From Deltaproteobacteria bacterium (lineage in GTDB: Bacteria > Desulfobacterota > Dissulfuribacteria > Dissulfuribacterales > JALVPX01), in the NCBI GenBank assembly GCA_027031565.1, contig JALVPX010000082.1:1-43599 (forward strand): DNA of 43,599 nucleotides, in the 5' to 3' direction. This document shows positions 19,226-29,071 of this stretch, piece by piece (the first letter of the stretch is position 1; each line of letters begins with the position of its first letter). The translations under genes were made by a program, and so were the position numbers. The notes beneath the pieces were generated by a model, which saw nothing but the letters and a program-made list of their open reading frames with translations, was not told where the DNA came from and made no database searches.

Positions 19226-20521
19226 GTGGTTCAAAATAACGTGGAAGAAAAGGAAATACCCCCTGTTGAGCTGCCATCCTCAAAATATGTAGTCCTTGTC
19301 GGCGACGGCATGGGTGATTTCCCCCTGGAGCAATTGGATGGTAAAACACCATTGGAGTATGCCCGGACTCCGGCCATGGACCGCCTGGCAAAGCTGGGGG
19401 AATTGGGAACTGTAAAGACCATTCCAGAAGGCTTTCAGCCAGGCAGTGATGTTGCCAACATGAGCCTGATGGGCTATGACCCAGCCAGGTTTTACACAGG
19501 CCGCGGCCCCCTCGAAGCGGCAGCCATGGGTGTTCAGATGAATCCCGAGGATGTGGCCTTCCGCTGCAACATGGTGACGCTTGCATTCAGGGAAGGCCGA
19601 ATCATCATGATAGATTACAGCGCCGGCCACATTTCCACTGACGAGGCCCAAATACTGCTCAATGATCTGCAGCCTCTGGTCAATACCAGGTCTTTTGAAC
19701 TCTTCCCAGGCGTCAGCTACCGTCACCTGTTGTTATGGCGCGGCGGGCCAGAAGGCCTGGCAACGGTTCCTCCCCATGATTTTACGGGTATGGACGTTAC
19801 CGAGGCCTGGCACGTGTATGAAGAAGAACCCCTGCTCTATGACCTGCTGACAAAGGCGATCACGCTGTTTCATCGTCACCCGGTCAACGAAAAGCGGAAG
19901 AAGGAGGGGAAAAATCCTGCCAATGCGCTCTGGCCCTGGGGGCAGGGCAGGCGGCCGGTCATGCCCACCTTCAAGCAGCTGTATGACATCGACGGGGCCG
20001 TAATCGCTGCCGTGGACCTCATAAAAGGCCTTGGAGTATGGGCAGGGCTGGAAAAGGTCGATGTTCCTGGAGCCACAGGTTATCTGGATACCAACTATCG
20101 CGGCAAGGCTGAAGCTGCCCTCAAGGCAATAAAGGAAAAACAGCTCGTCTTTGTCCACGTGGAGGCGCCGGATGAAGCCAGCCACATGGGAGACTTGAAG
20201 GCAAAGATCAACGCCATAGAGCGTTTTGACAAAGAGGTGGTATCAGTAGTCATGGACGGCCTCAGGGAAATGGGCGGCAGCTACAGGATACTGCTTACCA
20301 CGGATCATTTTACTCCCATAAAGATGAGGACCCATGCGCCGCTTCCAGTACCTTATGCGATATATGACAACATGAATACGAGGGACAACCAGAATGATGT
20401 TGCCTTTTGCGAAAAGGCAGCAGAACACTCTTCCATACACCTGGATAAAGGCCACATGTTGATGCCCAAATTTATTGGGGCAGAACCCAGGGAGGTAGAA
20501 CTGAATCCCAAAAAGAAGTAA
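19226..20521 (+). CDS. cofactor-independent phosphoglycerate mutase (ApgM) family protein, probably the non-canonical homoserine kinase
   Basis: 431 aa. Alkaline-phosphatase-superfamily metal motifs (VLVGDGMGD, HVEAPDEASH, TTDHFTP). GTG start 6 nt after AGGAGG and 22 nt downstream of hom. Confidence 0.85.
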   Translation: MVQNNVEEKEIPPVELPSSKYVVLVGDGMGDFPLEQLDGKTPLEYARTPAMDRLAKLGELGTVKTIPEGFQPGSDVANMSLMGYDPARFYTGRGPLEAAAMGVQMNPEDVAFRCNMVTLAFREGRIIMIDYSAGHISTDEAQILLNDLQPLVNTRSFELFPGVSYRHLLLWRGGPEGLATVPPHDFTGMDVTEAWHVYEEEPLLYDLLTKAITLFHRHPVNEKRKKEGKNPANALWPWGQGRRPVMPTFKQLYDIDGAVIAAVDLIKGLGVWAGLEKVDVPGATGYLDTNYRGKAEAALKAIKEKQLVFVHVEAPDEASHMGDLKAKINAIERFDKEVVSVVMDGLREMGGSYRILLTTDHFTPIKMRTHAPLPVPYAIYDNMNTRDNQNDVAFCEKAAEHSSIHLDKGHMLMPKFIGAEPREVELNPKKK

Positions 20522-20531
20522 AATACCGGTT

Positions 20532-20981
20532 GTGAAACCTGTCCTGGAACTCGTTCAGCCCATACACAGCCACCCTTACAGGGTGGTTTATGCAGACACG
20601 GATGCAGGCGGCGTGGTCTATTATGGGCGTTACATGCGCCTTTTTGAGATTGGCCGTGCAGAATATATGAGGACCATTCTGGATATGGCCTACAGCACAC
20701 TTGAAAAACTCGGCGTGATAATGCCTGTGGTAGAGATGTATTGCCGTTACAAGGCACCCGCCCGTTATGACGACCAAATAGTGATTTCCACATCTATCTA
20801 TGACTATTCCAAGATATCTGTCCGCTTTCACTACGAGATAAACCTTGCACACGATGGCAAGACCTTGATAAAGGGTTATACAGTGCATGCAGCCGTTGAC
20901 AAAAAGGGCCGGCTGCTACCGTTGCCTGATCAGCTCAAGCAGGCCATGCTCTCTGTAAACATTGGAAAGAACGGGAAATGA
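20532..20981 (+). CDS. YbgC/4HBT-family acyl-CoA thioesterase
   Basis: 149 aa. Hotdog-fold signature RVVYADTDAGGVVYYGRYMRLFE. Confidence 0.8.
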   Translation: MKPVLELVQPIHSHPYRVVYADTDAGGVVYYGRYMRLFEIGRAEYMRTILDMAYSTLEKLGVIMPVVEMYCRYKAPARYDDQIVISTSIYDYSKISVRFHYEINLAHDGKTLIKGYTVHAAVDKKGRLLPLPDQLKQAMLSVNIGKNGK

Positions 20982-20998
20982 CTTTCAAGTAATATTTT

Positions 20999-22756
20999 AT
21001 GGGTCTTTATATACCTGAAGACATTATCCAGCAAGTCAAGGATGCCGCAGACATAAGGCAGGTGGTGGAGGCCCATGTTCCCCTGAAAAAAAGGGGCAGA
21101 AACTGGGTGGGGCTTTGTCCTTTTCATGAAGATACCGATCCATCCTTTTCCATAAATGAAGACAAACAGATCTTCTACTGCTTCGGATGCGGGCAGGGGG
21201 GCGATGTCTTCAAATTTGTCATGAACATGGAAGGCCTGAGCTTTTATGAAGCAGTCAAGGCCCTTGCGGCCCGAAACGGCATTTCCATACCTGAACAGCA
21301 AAGAAGCAAGGCCGCCCAAAAACGGCTTGCCAGGCAGGAAGAGCTTTATAAGGCTAATGAAGAAGCGGTATCATTTTACCATGAATATCTGCTTGGTCAC
21401 CCGTCTGCCTATGGTGCCAGGGACTATCTAAAAGAGAGGGGAATTACAGAGAAGATTATAAAGGAGTTTCACCTGGGCTGGGCGCCAGACAGTTGGGATT
21501 CGCTGGTAAACCATTTGGAAAAAAAGGGGGTGGCCTTGAAGAATGCCGCCTCGGCCGGGCTGGTGATCGAGAGGGAAGGCGGAGGCTTTTATGACCGTTT
21601 CCGTGCCCGCATCATCTTCCCGATACTTGACAAGCACGGGAAAATAACGGCCCTGGGAGGAAGGGTGCTGGATGATTCCATACCCAAGTACCTAAATTCC
21701 CCTGAATCAGCCATATACCATAAAGGCCGGGTTCTCTATGGTCTCTATCAGGCAAAGGGCCATGTTAGAAAAAATGGGTATGGTTACGTGGTAGAGGGCT
21801 ACATGGATTTGCTTGCCCTGGTCCAGAATGGGATTTCCAACTGCGTGGCCACCCTGGGTACAGCCCTTACCGAAGAGCACTCGAGGATGCTCAAATCCTT
21901 GTCCAAGACATGGACGTTGGTTTTTGACGGAGACGAGGCAGGCACCAAGGCTGCCCTCAGGGCGATACCATTGCTCTATAAGTATGGAATAAATGTAAAG
22001 GTCCTAAATCTTCCCAAAGATGATGATCCAGACACATTCATACGCCGGGAGGGGATAGAAGGTTGGCAAAACGCCCAGAACCAAGCCGCTGATGGGATCG
22101 ATTTTGCCATAAACATCGGCCTGAAAACGCATGGAAGAGGGCCTGACGGGTTATATGCAACCGTAGACGACGTTATTCCTATTCTCAGGGGTGTTCAAGA
22201 TCCAGTGCGTCAGGCATTGCTCGTAGCACACGTCTCACAGAAATTGAAGATCCGGGAGCAAAGCCTGTGGCAGAAACTCTCTCAAGGCGACGGCCTTGCC
22301 TTGCAAAAAAGGGGTGGTAATCGGCTTGCCGGTACCGGCGCGCCTGCACCCTCTGTGAAAAACAAGGCGGAAGAAAAAATATTCTGTTTCTTGCTCAATT
22401 ACCCGGAGTTCATGGATATTTTCTTGGAATCAGGCATGGAAATCTGGCTCGAGAACGAAAAACTGCTCGATTTATGGCGTTCCTTGGTGCATGTTTACAG
22501 CATCGAAAACAGATTGGATCTGGCAACACTCTTTCTTCATCTCCATGGTCTCCAAGAGGTGCATGAACTTGCAACAAGGCTCAAGGAAGAGACGATGCCG
22601 TGCGATGATCCTGATGTTACTGCCAGAAAGCTTTTACACTACTCGGAGGAGATGAAAAAAAAGGCCTTGAGACGCCAGATAATCGAACAGCTTGCAGCCG
22701 GAGTTGATGGCAAAGAGTGCGAGGCACTTTTAAGAAAGGTGCAGGAATTGCACTAG
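20999..22756 (+). CDS. dnaG: DNA primase
   Basis: 585 aa. Zinc finger [30 protein letters not shown] and TOPRIM segment [11 protein letters not shown]...VFDGDEAG. Confidence 0.96.
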   Translation: MGLYIPEDIIQQVKDAADIRQVVEAHVPLKKRGRNWVGLCPFHEDTDPSFSINEDKQIFYCFGCGQGGDVFKFVMNMEGLSFYEAVKALAARNGISIPEQQRSKAAQKRLARQEELYKANEEAVSFYHEYLLGHPSAYGARDYLKERGITEKIIKEFHLGWAPDSWDSLVNHLEKKGVALKNAASAGLVIEREGGGFYDRFRARIIFPILDKHGKITALGGRVLDDSIPKYLNSPESAIYHKGRVLYGLYQAKGHVRKNGYGYVVEGYMDLLALVQNGISNCVATLGTALTEEHSRMLKSLSKTWTLVFDGDEAGTKAALRAIPLLYKYGINVKVLNLPKDDDPDTFIRREGIEGWQNAQNQAADGIDFAINIGLKTHGRGPDGLYATVDDVIPILRGVQDPVRQALLVAHVSQKLKIREQSLWQKLSQGDGLALQKRGGNRLAGTGAPAPSVKNKAEEKIFCFLLNYPEFMDIFLESGMEIWLENEKLLDLWRSLVHVYSIENRLDLATLFLHLHGLQEVHELATRLKEETMPCDDPDVTARKLLHYSEEMKKKALRRQIIEQLAAGVDGKECEALLRKVQELH

Positions 22757-22764
22757 GAGGTTCA

Positions 22765-24147
22765 ATGACCAAAAAGCGGGAGGAGCAGACCCAAAACCAG
22801 GACAACCACCAGGCCCATGAAGCAGAATCCATTTTTGATCCTGTAAAGGTCTATCTCACAGAAATGGGGGCCAATGAGCTCCTGAGCCGGGAAGAAGAAG
22901 TAAACCTTGCGAAAACCATTGACGAACTGGAACGCCGTCTGCTCACTTTGGCTTTTGTATTGCCTGGGGTGGCCAGGCTTTTCATCCAAAAGATGATTTC
23001 AGCTGAGGGCGCAATCGTTCAGAGCAGCACAGCCTCCCATCCAGACCCTGAAAAGGATCAGTCCGTTGAGCCTCATGATGAGGAGCCAAGGGCTTTTGAT
23101 CCAGCTCAAGTCAAACAGGCCGTGGAAGAAAATTTTAAGAAAAATCTTGAACTCATAGAACTTCTTCGCCAGACAGACTCTTTGAGTGATCGGGATTCCA
23201 TACTTGATCGTCTTGAAAAAAATTGTGCCTGCATGATCAAGGCCTTTGGCGAGCAGAGAATAAACAAGACCATTTTGAACCTCGCGTGCCAGATCTTTCA
23301 GGACGAATGCGAATTGTTGATCAAAAAAGGAACGGGTTTCCTGCTTGAACACACCGGGCTCCTCTTCCCGGAGCTTGACAGGCACATGGAAAAGATGCAG
23401 CACGCCTGCGGGCTTCTAAGAAGGGCAAAGGAGCGGCTTGTAAATGCAAACCTCCGCCTGGTGGTGAGTATTGCAAAAAAGTACACCAACCGTGGACTCC
23501 ATCTCTCGGATCTTATCCAGGAAGGTAATTTGGGCCTTATGCGGGCAGTGGACAAGTTTGACTATCGCCGCGGCTACAAATTCAGCACATATTCCACCTG
23601 GTGGATACGGCAGTCAATCACGAGGGCCCTGGCCGACCAGTCCCGGACCATCAGGATACCCGTCCACGTGGTGGAAACAATCAACAAGGTATTCAAGATC
23701 ATGCAGGAATACCGCAGGGAAACCGGCGTGGACCCAACAGAGGAGGAGCTGGCCAGGCGCTCGGGCTTAACAAAAGAGCGGATCGCCAAGATCTTGGAGA
23801 TCAACAAGGCCCCCATATCGCTGGAAGCAACGGTCGGGGACGAAGAGGATGCCAACCACTTGATTGACTTTCTGCAGGACGATTCCACCCCTACCCCGGA
23901 AGAGGCGGCAGCAAAGTCAAGTCTCGCCGAGCAGACCCGAAAGATATTGGCCACCCTAACCCCGCGCGAAGAAAAGATCCTCAGGCTTCGCTTTGGTATT
24001 GGCGAACTCAAGGGCTATACACTGGAGGAGGTCGGCAAGGACTTTTCAGTGACTAGGGAAAGAATCAGGCAGATAGAGGCGAAGGCTTTGCGAAAATTGC
24101 GTCATCCAAGCAGGAGCAAGGTGCTGAGAAGTTTTGTCGAAGGCTGA
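22765..24147 (+). CDS. rpoD: RNA polymerase sigma-70 family factor (primary sigma by dnaG synteny)
   Basis: Region 2 ([60 protein letters not shown]), region 3 and region 4.2 ([16 protein letters not shown]). ATG at 22765 sits behind AGGAGG at 22755-22760. The track ORF starts 48 nt earlier, inside dnaG. Confidence 0.95.
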   Translation: MTKKREEQTQNQDNHQAHEAESIFDPVKVYLTEMGANELLSREEEVNLAKTIDELERRLLTLAFVLPGVARLFIQKMISAEGAIVQSSTASHPDPEKDQSVEPHDEEPRAFDPAQVKQAVEENFKKNLELIELLRQTDSLSDRDSILDRLEKNCACMIKAFGEQRINKTILNLACQIFQDECELLIKKGTGFLLEHTGLLFPELDRHMEKMQHACGLLRRAKERLVNANLRLVVSIAKKYTNRGLHLSDLIQEGNLGLMRAVDKFDYRRGYKFSTYSTWWIRQSITRALADQSRTIRIPVHVVETINKVFKIMQEYRRETGVDPTEEELARRSGLTKERIAKILEINKAPISLEATVGDEEDANHLIDFLQDDSTPTPEEAAAKSSLAEQTRKILATLTPREEKILRLRFGIGELKGYTLEEVGKDFSVTRERIRQIEAKALRKLRHPSRSKVLRSFVEG

Positions 24148-24151
24148 GGCA

Positions 24152-25930
24152 TCATGTTGCACAAAGCCTGAGCACCTCATCTACACTGGTTATCCCTGCC
24201 AGCAGCTTGGAACAGGCATCATATCCCAGGGGCTTCATGCCGTCTTTCATGGCCTGCCTTTTGAGCTCATCTTCGCTGCGCTCGCGGTGTATCAACTCCC
24301 TGCTTGCTTCAGTAACAGAAAACACTTCATAGACACCAATACGACCCAGGTGACCTGTGTTTCGGCAATAACTGCACCCCTCACCCATTGACACTTTTAC
24401 AGGATCTGCTTCAAAGGTGCATCCAAGCGCCTTTATGGTGTCTGCAGGAATGGAAACTGCCTTGCGGCAGTGCCTGCACACCTTTCTTACCAGCCTTTGA
24501 GCCACTACGCCCCGCAGGGTCGAGGCAACAAGGTAGGATTCCAGGCCCAGATCCTTGAGCCTTGTCACTGCACTTACGGAGTCGTTGGTATGCAGCGTCG
24601 AAAACACCAAGTGGCCGGTGAGAGCTGCCTGGACTGCATAACGGGCAGTCTCGGAATCCCGGATCTCGCCGATCATGACTATGTCAGGATCCTGCCGCAG
24701 GATATTCCTCAAGATGGTGGAAAAGGTTACGTCTATTTGCGGCTGAACTGCAATTTGATTGAATTCTTCGTGAACCATCTCTATGGGATCTTCCACAGTA
24801 ACGATATTTACATCGGGGGAGCTTAGGTGCCTGAGGGTAGAATAGAGGGTGGTTGATTTTCCGCTACCGGTAGGGCCGGTCACCAATATGATGCCGTGGG
24901 TATGCTTTAAAAAGTTTTCGTATGCCTCCAAGTCCCTTGCGCTGAAACCCAGTTTACTCAAATCGCTGAATAGGATGTCTGCACTTTGAAGCCTCAAGAC
25001 CACCTTTTCGCCAAAGGCCACTGGAACAGTGGAAACCCTTACCTCAGCCTCCTCATCGTTCCAGCCTATTTTCATGCGCCCGTCCTGCGGACGCCTTTTT
25101 TCGGCAATATCCATCCTCGAAAGGCCTTTGATGCGGGAACACATGGCATCGTGCACCACCCTGGGAATGCGGTATATGGTGTGCAGTATCCCATCTATGC
25201 GAAGGCGAACAACGGATTCATTTCGTTTAGGTTCAATATGTATGTCGCTGGCACGCTGGCTCAGGGCATATTGAAACAGATGATCCACGGCCTTTTGCAC
25301 ATATTGGTCCGAGGTGTGGGCATCTGCAGTAGCAAGCTGGACATATTGCTCCAGATTGGCAATATCCACATCAGGGGCAGAAAGGACGTTTTGCGCAGCC
25401 TGTATCGATTTTTTGAAATCAAAGAACTCCCTTATCAGGCGCTCGATATCCAATTTTGTCGCTACAATTATCTTGGTCCTGGTTTTACACGCCCTTTTAA
25501 GATCTTCAAAAAGTTCCTTGTCCAGGGGATCGTAACAGGCGATTTCGAGGACATTCTCCCCTGCCCAGCCCACTGGCAGAACAAGCCTTCGCCTCGCAAA
25601 AGAGGCGGGCAGGGTCTTTGTAACCACTTCCATGTCAAGCTTCAGGGGATCCAGTCTCCTAAAATCCCATCCCTGATCCGCAGATACCAGGGCAAGTATG
25701 TCATGTTCCTCGATGACCGTTCCCTTGCCGTCCCTGCGGGGCAGCCTCAACCCAGCCAGCCACTGTATCAAGTCGATACCCTTGTTGAGCGGAACAGACA
25801 GCTTGGCCTGCAGGGCGGAAATGTCTGAGCCCAGCAGGAGCCCCGCCCTCGTGAGCAGGCCGAACAGATAGTCGGCATTATAGTATGGATGGTGCACAAT
25901 ATTGTTAAGTTCCGCCTCAGCGTGGTACAT
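24152..25930 (-). CDS. GspE/PilB-family type II secretion / type IV pilus ATPase
   Basis: 592 aa. T2SSE_N-like N-domain, Walker A GPTGSGKST, Walker B DPDIVMIGEIRD, His box GHLVFSTLHTN, tetracysteine CRHC...CSYC. Confidence 0.9.
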   Translation of the reverse strand: MYHAEAELNNIVHHPYYNADYLFGLLTRAGLLLGSDISALQAKLSVPLNKGIDLIQWLAGLRLPRRDGKGTVIEEHDILALVSADQGWDFRRLDPLKLDMEVVTKTLPASFARRRLVLPVGWAGENVLEIACYDPLDKELFEDLKRACKTRTKIIVATKLDIERLIREFFDFKKSIQAAQNVLSAPDVDIANLEQYVQLATADAHTSDQYVQKAVDHLFQYALSQRASDIHIEPKRNESVVRLRIDGILHTIYRIPRVVHDAMCSRIKGLSRMDIAEKRRPQDGRMKIGWNDEEAEVRVSTVPVAFGEKVVLRLQSADILFSDLSKLGFSARDLEAYENFLKHTHGIILVTGPTGSGKSTTLYSTLRHLSSPDVNIVTVEDPIEMVHEEFNQIAVQPQIDVTFSTILRNILRQDPDIVMIGEIRDSETARYAVQAALTGHLVFSTLHTNDSVSAVTRLKDLGLESYLVASTLRGVVAQRLVRKVCRHCRKAVSIPADTIKALGCTFEADPVKVSMGEGCSYCRNTGHLGRIGVYEVFSVTEASRELIHRERSEDELKRQAMKDGMKPLGYDACSKLLAGITSVDEVLRLCAT

Positions 25931-26005
25931 TTTGTCCGCCTGTTTTATAGTCTAGTCTTATATTCGGCTTGCTGATTTGGTTACTGAAGACAAAGCGGAA
26001 AGAGA

Positions 26006-26959
26006 ATGGCTGCGCGTGAAGAACACAAAAAACCTTGGATTGAACTGGAAATAGAATGCCCTGAAACCCTTACCGACGTGATATCTGATTTTTTGATCAC
26101 CACCCTTGACAGGGGAGTGGTAATAGAAGATATACCGGAGAACCTTTCTCAACCCCTGCCGATGACACGTCTCAAGGCCTACATGACAAGGGAAGAAGCC
26201 GAAGACGGGCTGCTGGAAGAGATTGAATATTATCTTGCAGACCTCTCGTCCATGGAGTCAGACTATCCGGACTTGGAGTTAAGAACCAAGGCCGTGATCG
26301 AGGAAGATTGGTCTGAACAGTGGAAGAGCTATTTCAAGCCTGTGAAGATTGGCCGGCGGCTGGTCGTAAAACCATCGTGGGAAGAGTATGTGCCTGGATC
26401 TGACGAGTTGGTCATCCAGATAGATCCAGGGCAGGCCTTTGGCACTGGCAGCCATCCTACCACCCGCATGATGCTGGAGGCCTTGGAATGGGCAATTTCT
26501 GAGATGAAAAAAAGGGATCTTCCCATGGGGATCAACGTCTTGGATGTTGGCACTGGTACAGGCCTGCTCGGTATTGCTGCAGCAAAACTGGGGGCCTCAT
26601 CTGTCACTGGCATAGATATTGACCCAACAGCTGTGGAGACGGCCAGAAAAAACGTCTATGGGAATCACGTCCACAACCAAATGGTCGTTTCTTCCACCCC
26701 GCTATGGCAGGTTGAGGGCGATTTTGACATCGTATTGGCCAACCTGGACAAAAGCACCCTGGAGCTGCTGGCCGAGGATCTGGCATCAAAGGTGGCAACC
26801 AATGGGTTTCTGATCATATCGGGCATATTGAATGGCCAGGAAAAGGGCCTGCTAAACATTTTTAAAGGCTTGGGCATGGACGTGGTGTTGGAAAAATCCC
26901 AGAAAGAAAATGGGGACGAATGGCTGTGCATCGTCTTTGAGCATCGTGATAATGTCTGA
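26006..26959 (+). CDS. prmA: ribosomal protein L11 methyltransferase
   Basis: 317 aa. FGTGSHPTT and SAM-binding VLDVGTGTGLL motifs. Confidence 0.9.
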   Translation: MAAREEHKKPWIELEIECPETLTDVISDFLITTLDRGVVIEDIPENLSQPLPMTRLKAYMTREEAEDGLLEEIEYYLADLSSMESDYPDLELRTKAVIEEDWSEQWKSYFKPVKIGRRLVVKPSWEEYVPGSDELVIQIDPGQAFGTGSHPTTRMMLEALEWAISEMKKRDLPMGINVLDVGTGTGLLGIAAAKLGASSVTGIDIDPTAVETARKNVYGNHVHNQMVVSSTPLWQVEGDFDIVLANLDKSTLELLAEDLASKVATNGFLIISGILNGQEKGLLNIFKGLGMDVVLEKSQKENGDEWLCIVFEHRDNV

Positions 26960-27728
26960 TATCCCCGCCTTTTTCTGGAATAAAGAGGTAATGCCTGATT
27001 CAGGAGAGCTGTTTGAATTGGAGGGTCAGGAGGCCAGGCATGGGACGAAGGTGCTGCGCCTCAAGGCCGACACGCGGGTCAAACTCGTGGATGGGCGCGG
27101 CAATATAGCCATCTGTACTATTGTTGAGATCAAGAGGAGCAGTTTAAAACTCAGGGCAGACAAACTCCTGAGCATGGCACCTGACCTGTGCCCGGTTTTC
27201 CTGGCAATATCTGTGCTCAAGAGCGACAAGATGGATCTCGTGATACAAAAATGCACAGAAATCGGCATAGAAAAAATTTATCCAATATATGCAACCCGTT
27301 CCGTGGTCAGAATGAATAGATATAAACAGCAAAAACGCCTGAAAAGATGGCATGAAATCGCAAGGCAGGCACTGAAACAATGCAGGGGCGCGTATCTGAC
27401 GCAGATAAACCAGCCTGTGGACTTTTGGGAATTCATGGAATTCAGCCGTGGCCTTAGGGGGGCAAAAATTGTATTATGTGAGCGGCATGGCCCCGAACAC
27501 TCCCCACGGCAGGCCTGGGTCCGACAGGGTAATCAGCGGCCCGTAACGCTTCTGGTGGGTCCTGAAGGGGGGTTTTCAGGGGCGGAACGTCGGATTGCCG
27601 CAGAGAATGGATTTCATTCCGCAAGCCTTGGGAAACGAATACTCAGGGCGGAAACAGCTGCAATAGGGGTATCCTTTTTGTTCAGGCAGTGGCTGAATGA
27701 AAAACATCATGGGGAACAAACAGAGTGA
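26952..27728 (+). CDS. rsmE: 16S rRNA (uracil1498-N3)-methyltransferase
   Basis: RsmE pattern (ARHGTKVLRLKADTRVKLVDGRG; C-terminal LLVGPEGGFSGAE...LGKRILRAETA). ATG at 26952 overlaps the prmA stop by 8 nt. The track ORF starts 42 nt upstream. Confidence 0.88.
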   Translation: MSDIPAFFWNKEVMPDSGELFELEGQEARHGTKVLRLKADTRVKLVDGRGNIAICTIVEIKRSSLKLRADKLLSMAPDLCPVFLAISVLKSDKMDLVIQKCTEIGIEKIYPIYATRSVVRMNRYKQQKRLKRWHEIARQALKQCRGAYLTQINQPVDFWEFMEFSRGLRGAKIVLCERHGPEHSPRQAWVRQGNQRPVTLLVGPEGGFSGAERRIAAENGFHSASLGKRILRAETAAIGVSFLFRQWLNEKHHGEQTE

Positions 27729-28246
27729 AAGGCCCTTATACAAAAATGGAATTTTCTTCTTTTGATGCATTTATCGAAAAATACAGGGAATTGCGTTCTT
27801 TTCTCGCTGCAAGGCCTCAAACAGCATTACAGCTGACCTCCCTAGGCACCAGGTACAAAGAAATCCTGGAACAGATCGATCCCCTCATACAGGGCCTTAC
27901 TGCAAAATCATGCCCTTATTGCGGCGTAGTATGCTGCGCCCAGAAATTCGGTCTTCCAAATTCAAGTGACATGGTCACATTCCTGGCCATGAACGTAAAC
28001 GGACATGTCTACGATTTTCAAAAGGACCCTCGTTCAATGTGTCAATTCATGGGCGAAAAGGGGTGCATACTCCCAAGATATCAGCGGCCGTTCCGATGCA
28101 CTTTTTACTTCTGCGATCCATTATTGATACAAATAGATCTGCTTCCCAAGATGGAGAATGAAAGGCTTATCCAGGGCCTTAAGAAATTGGAATCGCTCAG
28201 GCAGGAAATGACAAAACTGGCAGAAACAGGTATTACGCTGGCCTGA
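27725..28246 (+). CDS. YkgJ-like CxxCxxCC cysteine-cluster protein
   Basis: 173 aa. CPYCGVVCC, then CQFMGEKGCILPRYQRPFRCTFYFC, resembling the zinc/iron-chelating CxxCxxCC family. The GTG start overlaps the rsmE stop (GTGA). An alternative ATG lies at 27746. Confidence 0.5.
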   Translation: MKGPYTKMEFSSFDAFIEKYRELRSFLAARPQTALQLTSLGTRYKEILEQIDPLIQGLTAKSCPYCGVVCCAQKFGLPNSSDMVTFLAMNVNGHVYDFQKDPRSMCQFMGEKGCILPRYQRPFRCTFYFCDPLLIQIDLLPKMENERLIQGLKKLESLRQEMTKLAETGITLA

Positions 28247-28247
28247 A

Positions 28248-28853
28248 ATGGAAAAATTGCTTCTGCACATCTGTTGCGGGCCCTGCTCACTTTATCCCGT
28301 ACAGGCCCAGAGGGAAAAAGCGATTGAACCCGTAGGCTTTTTCTACAATCCAAACATCCATCCCTTCATGGAGTTTGAAAGACGGGTGGATGCCCTGGAG
28401 ACGGTTTCTAACAGCTTGAAGTTTGATCTCCTGTGGGATCCAAACGGTTACGGCCTTGAAGAGTGGCTGGCTGCTCTCAAGGGTGAGACAAGACATGGGC
28501 GGCGCTGCATGATATGTTATGGACTGCGTCTAAATCGAGCTGCTTCAAAGGCAAAGGAATTGGGCATGAATGCCTTTTCCACCACCTTGCTTTACAGCCG
28601 GTACCAACTCCACGAGGCCATTTTGGAGCAGGGCCGCGAATGTGCGCGAAAACATGGTATCAAATTCTATTACGAGGATTTCAGGAAGGGGTGGAGCAAA
28701 GGCATAGAGACGGCCAAGAAAATGCGTATCTACCGCCAGCCTTACTGTGGGTGTATCTTCAGCGAGTATGAACGTTATGAGAAACGGGCAGGGAGATTGA
28801 ATCAGAGATTCTCTGAATCCATTTCTTCACAAGGAGGTGCAACAACGGCATGA
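28248..28853 (+). CDS. queH: epoxyqueuosine reductase QueH (DUF208)
   Basis: 201 aa. LLLHICCGPC start, CMICY and CGCIFSE cysteine motifs typical of QueH. Confidence 0.88.
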   Translation: MEKLLLHICCGPCSLYPVQAQREKAIEPVGFFYNPNIHPFMEFERRVDALETVSNSLKFDLLWDPNGYGLEEWLAALKGETRHGRRCMICYGLRLNRAASKAKELGMNAFSTTLLYSRYQLHEAILEQGRECARKHGIKFYYEDFRKGWSKGIETAKKMRIYRQPYCGCIFSEYERYEKRAGRLNQRFSESISSQGGATTA

Positions 28854-29071
28854 ATCCCCTTCAAGAAATGGGCAAGGTCTTGCTTGTTTTCGGGGGGCTT
28901 ATGGTGCTCATCGGGCTGATATTGATCGTTGCCCCCAAGATCCCGTGGCTCGGAAGGCTTCCAGGCGACATAGTAATAAAAAAGGATAACTTTACACTAT
29001 ATTTCCCGCTGGCCACTTCAATAATTTTAAGCATTATATTGACCTTGTTGTTTTCCATATTCCGCAAATGA
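28850..29071 (+). CDS. DUF2905 small membrane protein
   Basis: 73 aa, two hydrophobic helices, WLGRLPGDI motif. AAGGAGGTG Shine-Dalgarno. ATGA overlap with queH. Confidence 0.75.
   Translation: MNPLQEMGKVLLVFGGLMVLIGLILIVAPKIPWLGRLPGDIVIKKDNFTLYFPLATSIILSIILTLLFSIFRK

Noticed and set aside
22717-22764. 16-codon N-terminal extension of rpoD given by the ORF track
   Set aside because: It lies inside the dnaG coding region. The ATG at 22765 is preceded by a perfect AGGAGG at ideal spacing.
24986-25828. 280 aa plus-strand ORF inside the GspE-like gene. Similar long antisense ORFs lie at 7943..8722, 38789..39460, 16967..17524, 11392..11982 and 43072..43590.
   Set aside because: Each is fully nested antisense to a gene with clear catalytic motifs. 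None shows motifs, a Shine-Dalgarno sequence or independent boundaries.
25796-25867. Possible MshEN-type c-di-GMP binding motif in the N-terminus of the GspE-like ATPase (LFGLLTRAGLLLGSDISALQAKL)
   Set aside because: The spacing between the two glycines is one residue shorter than the RLGxxLLxxGLI pattern I remember, and the leading Arg is missing. The resemblance may just be the generic T2SSE_N helix.
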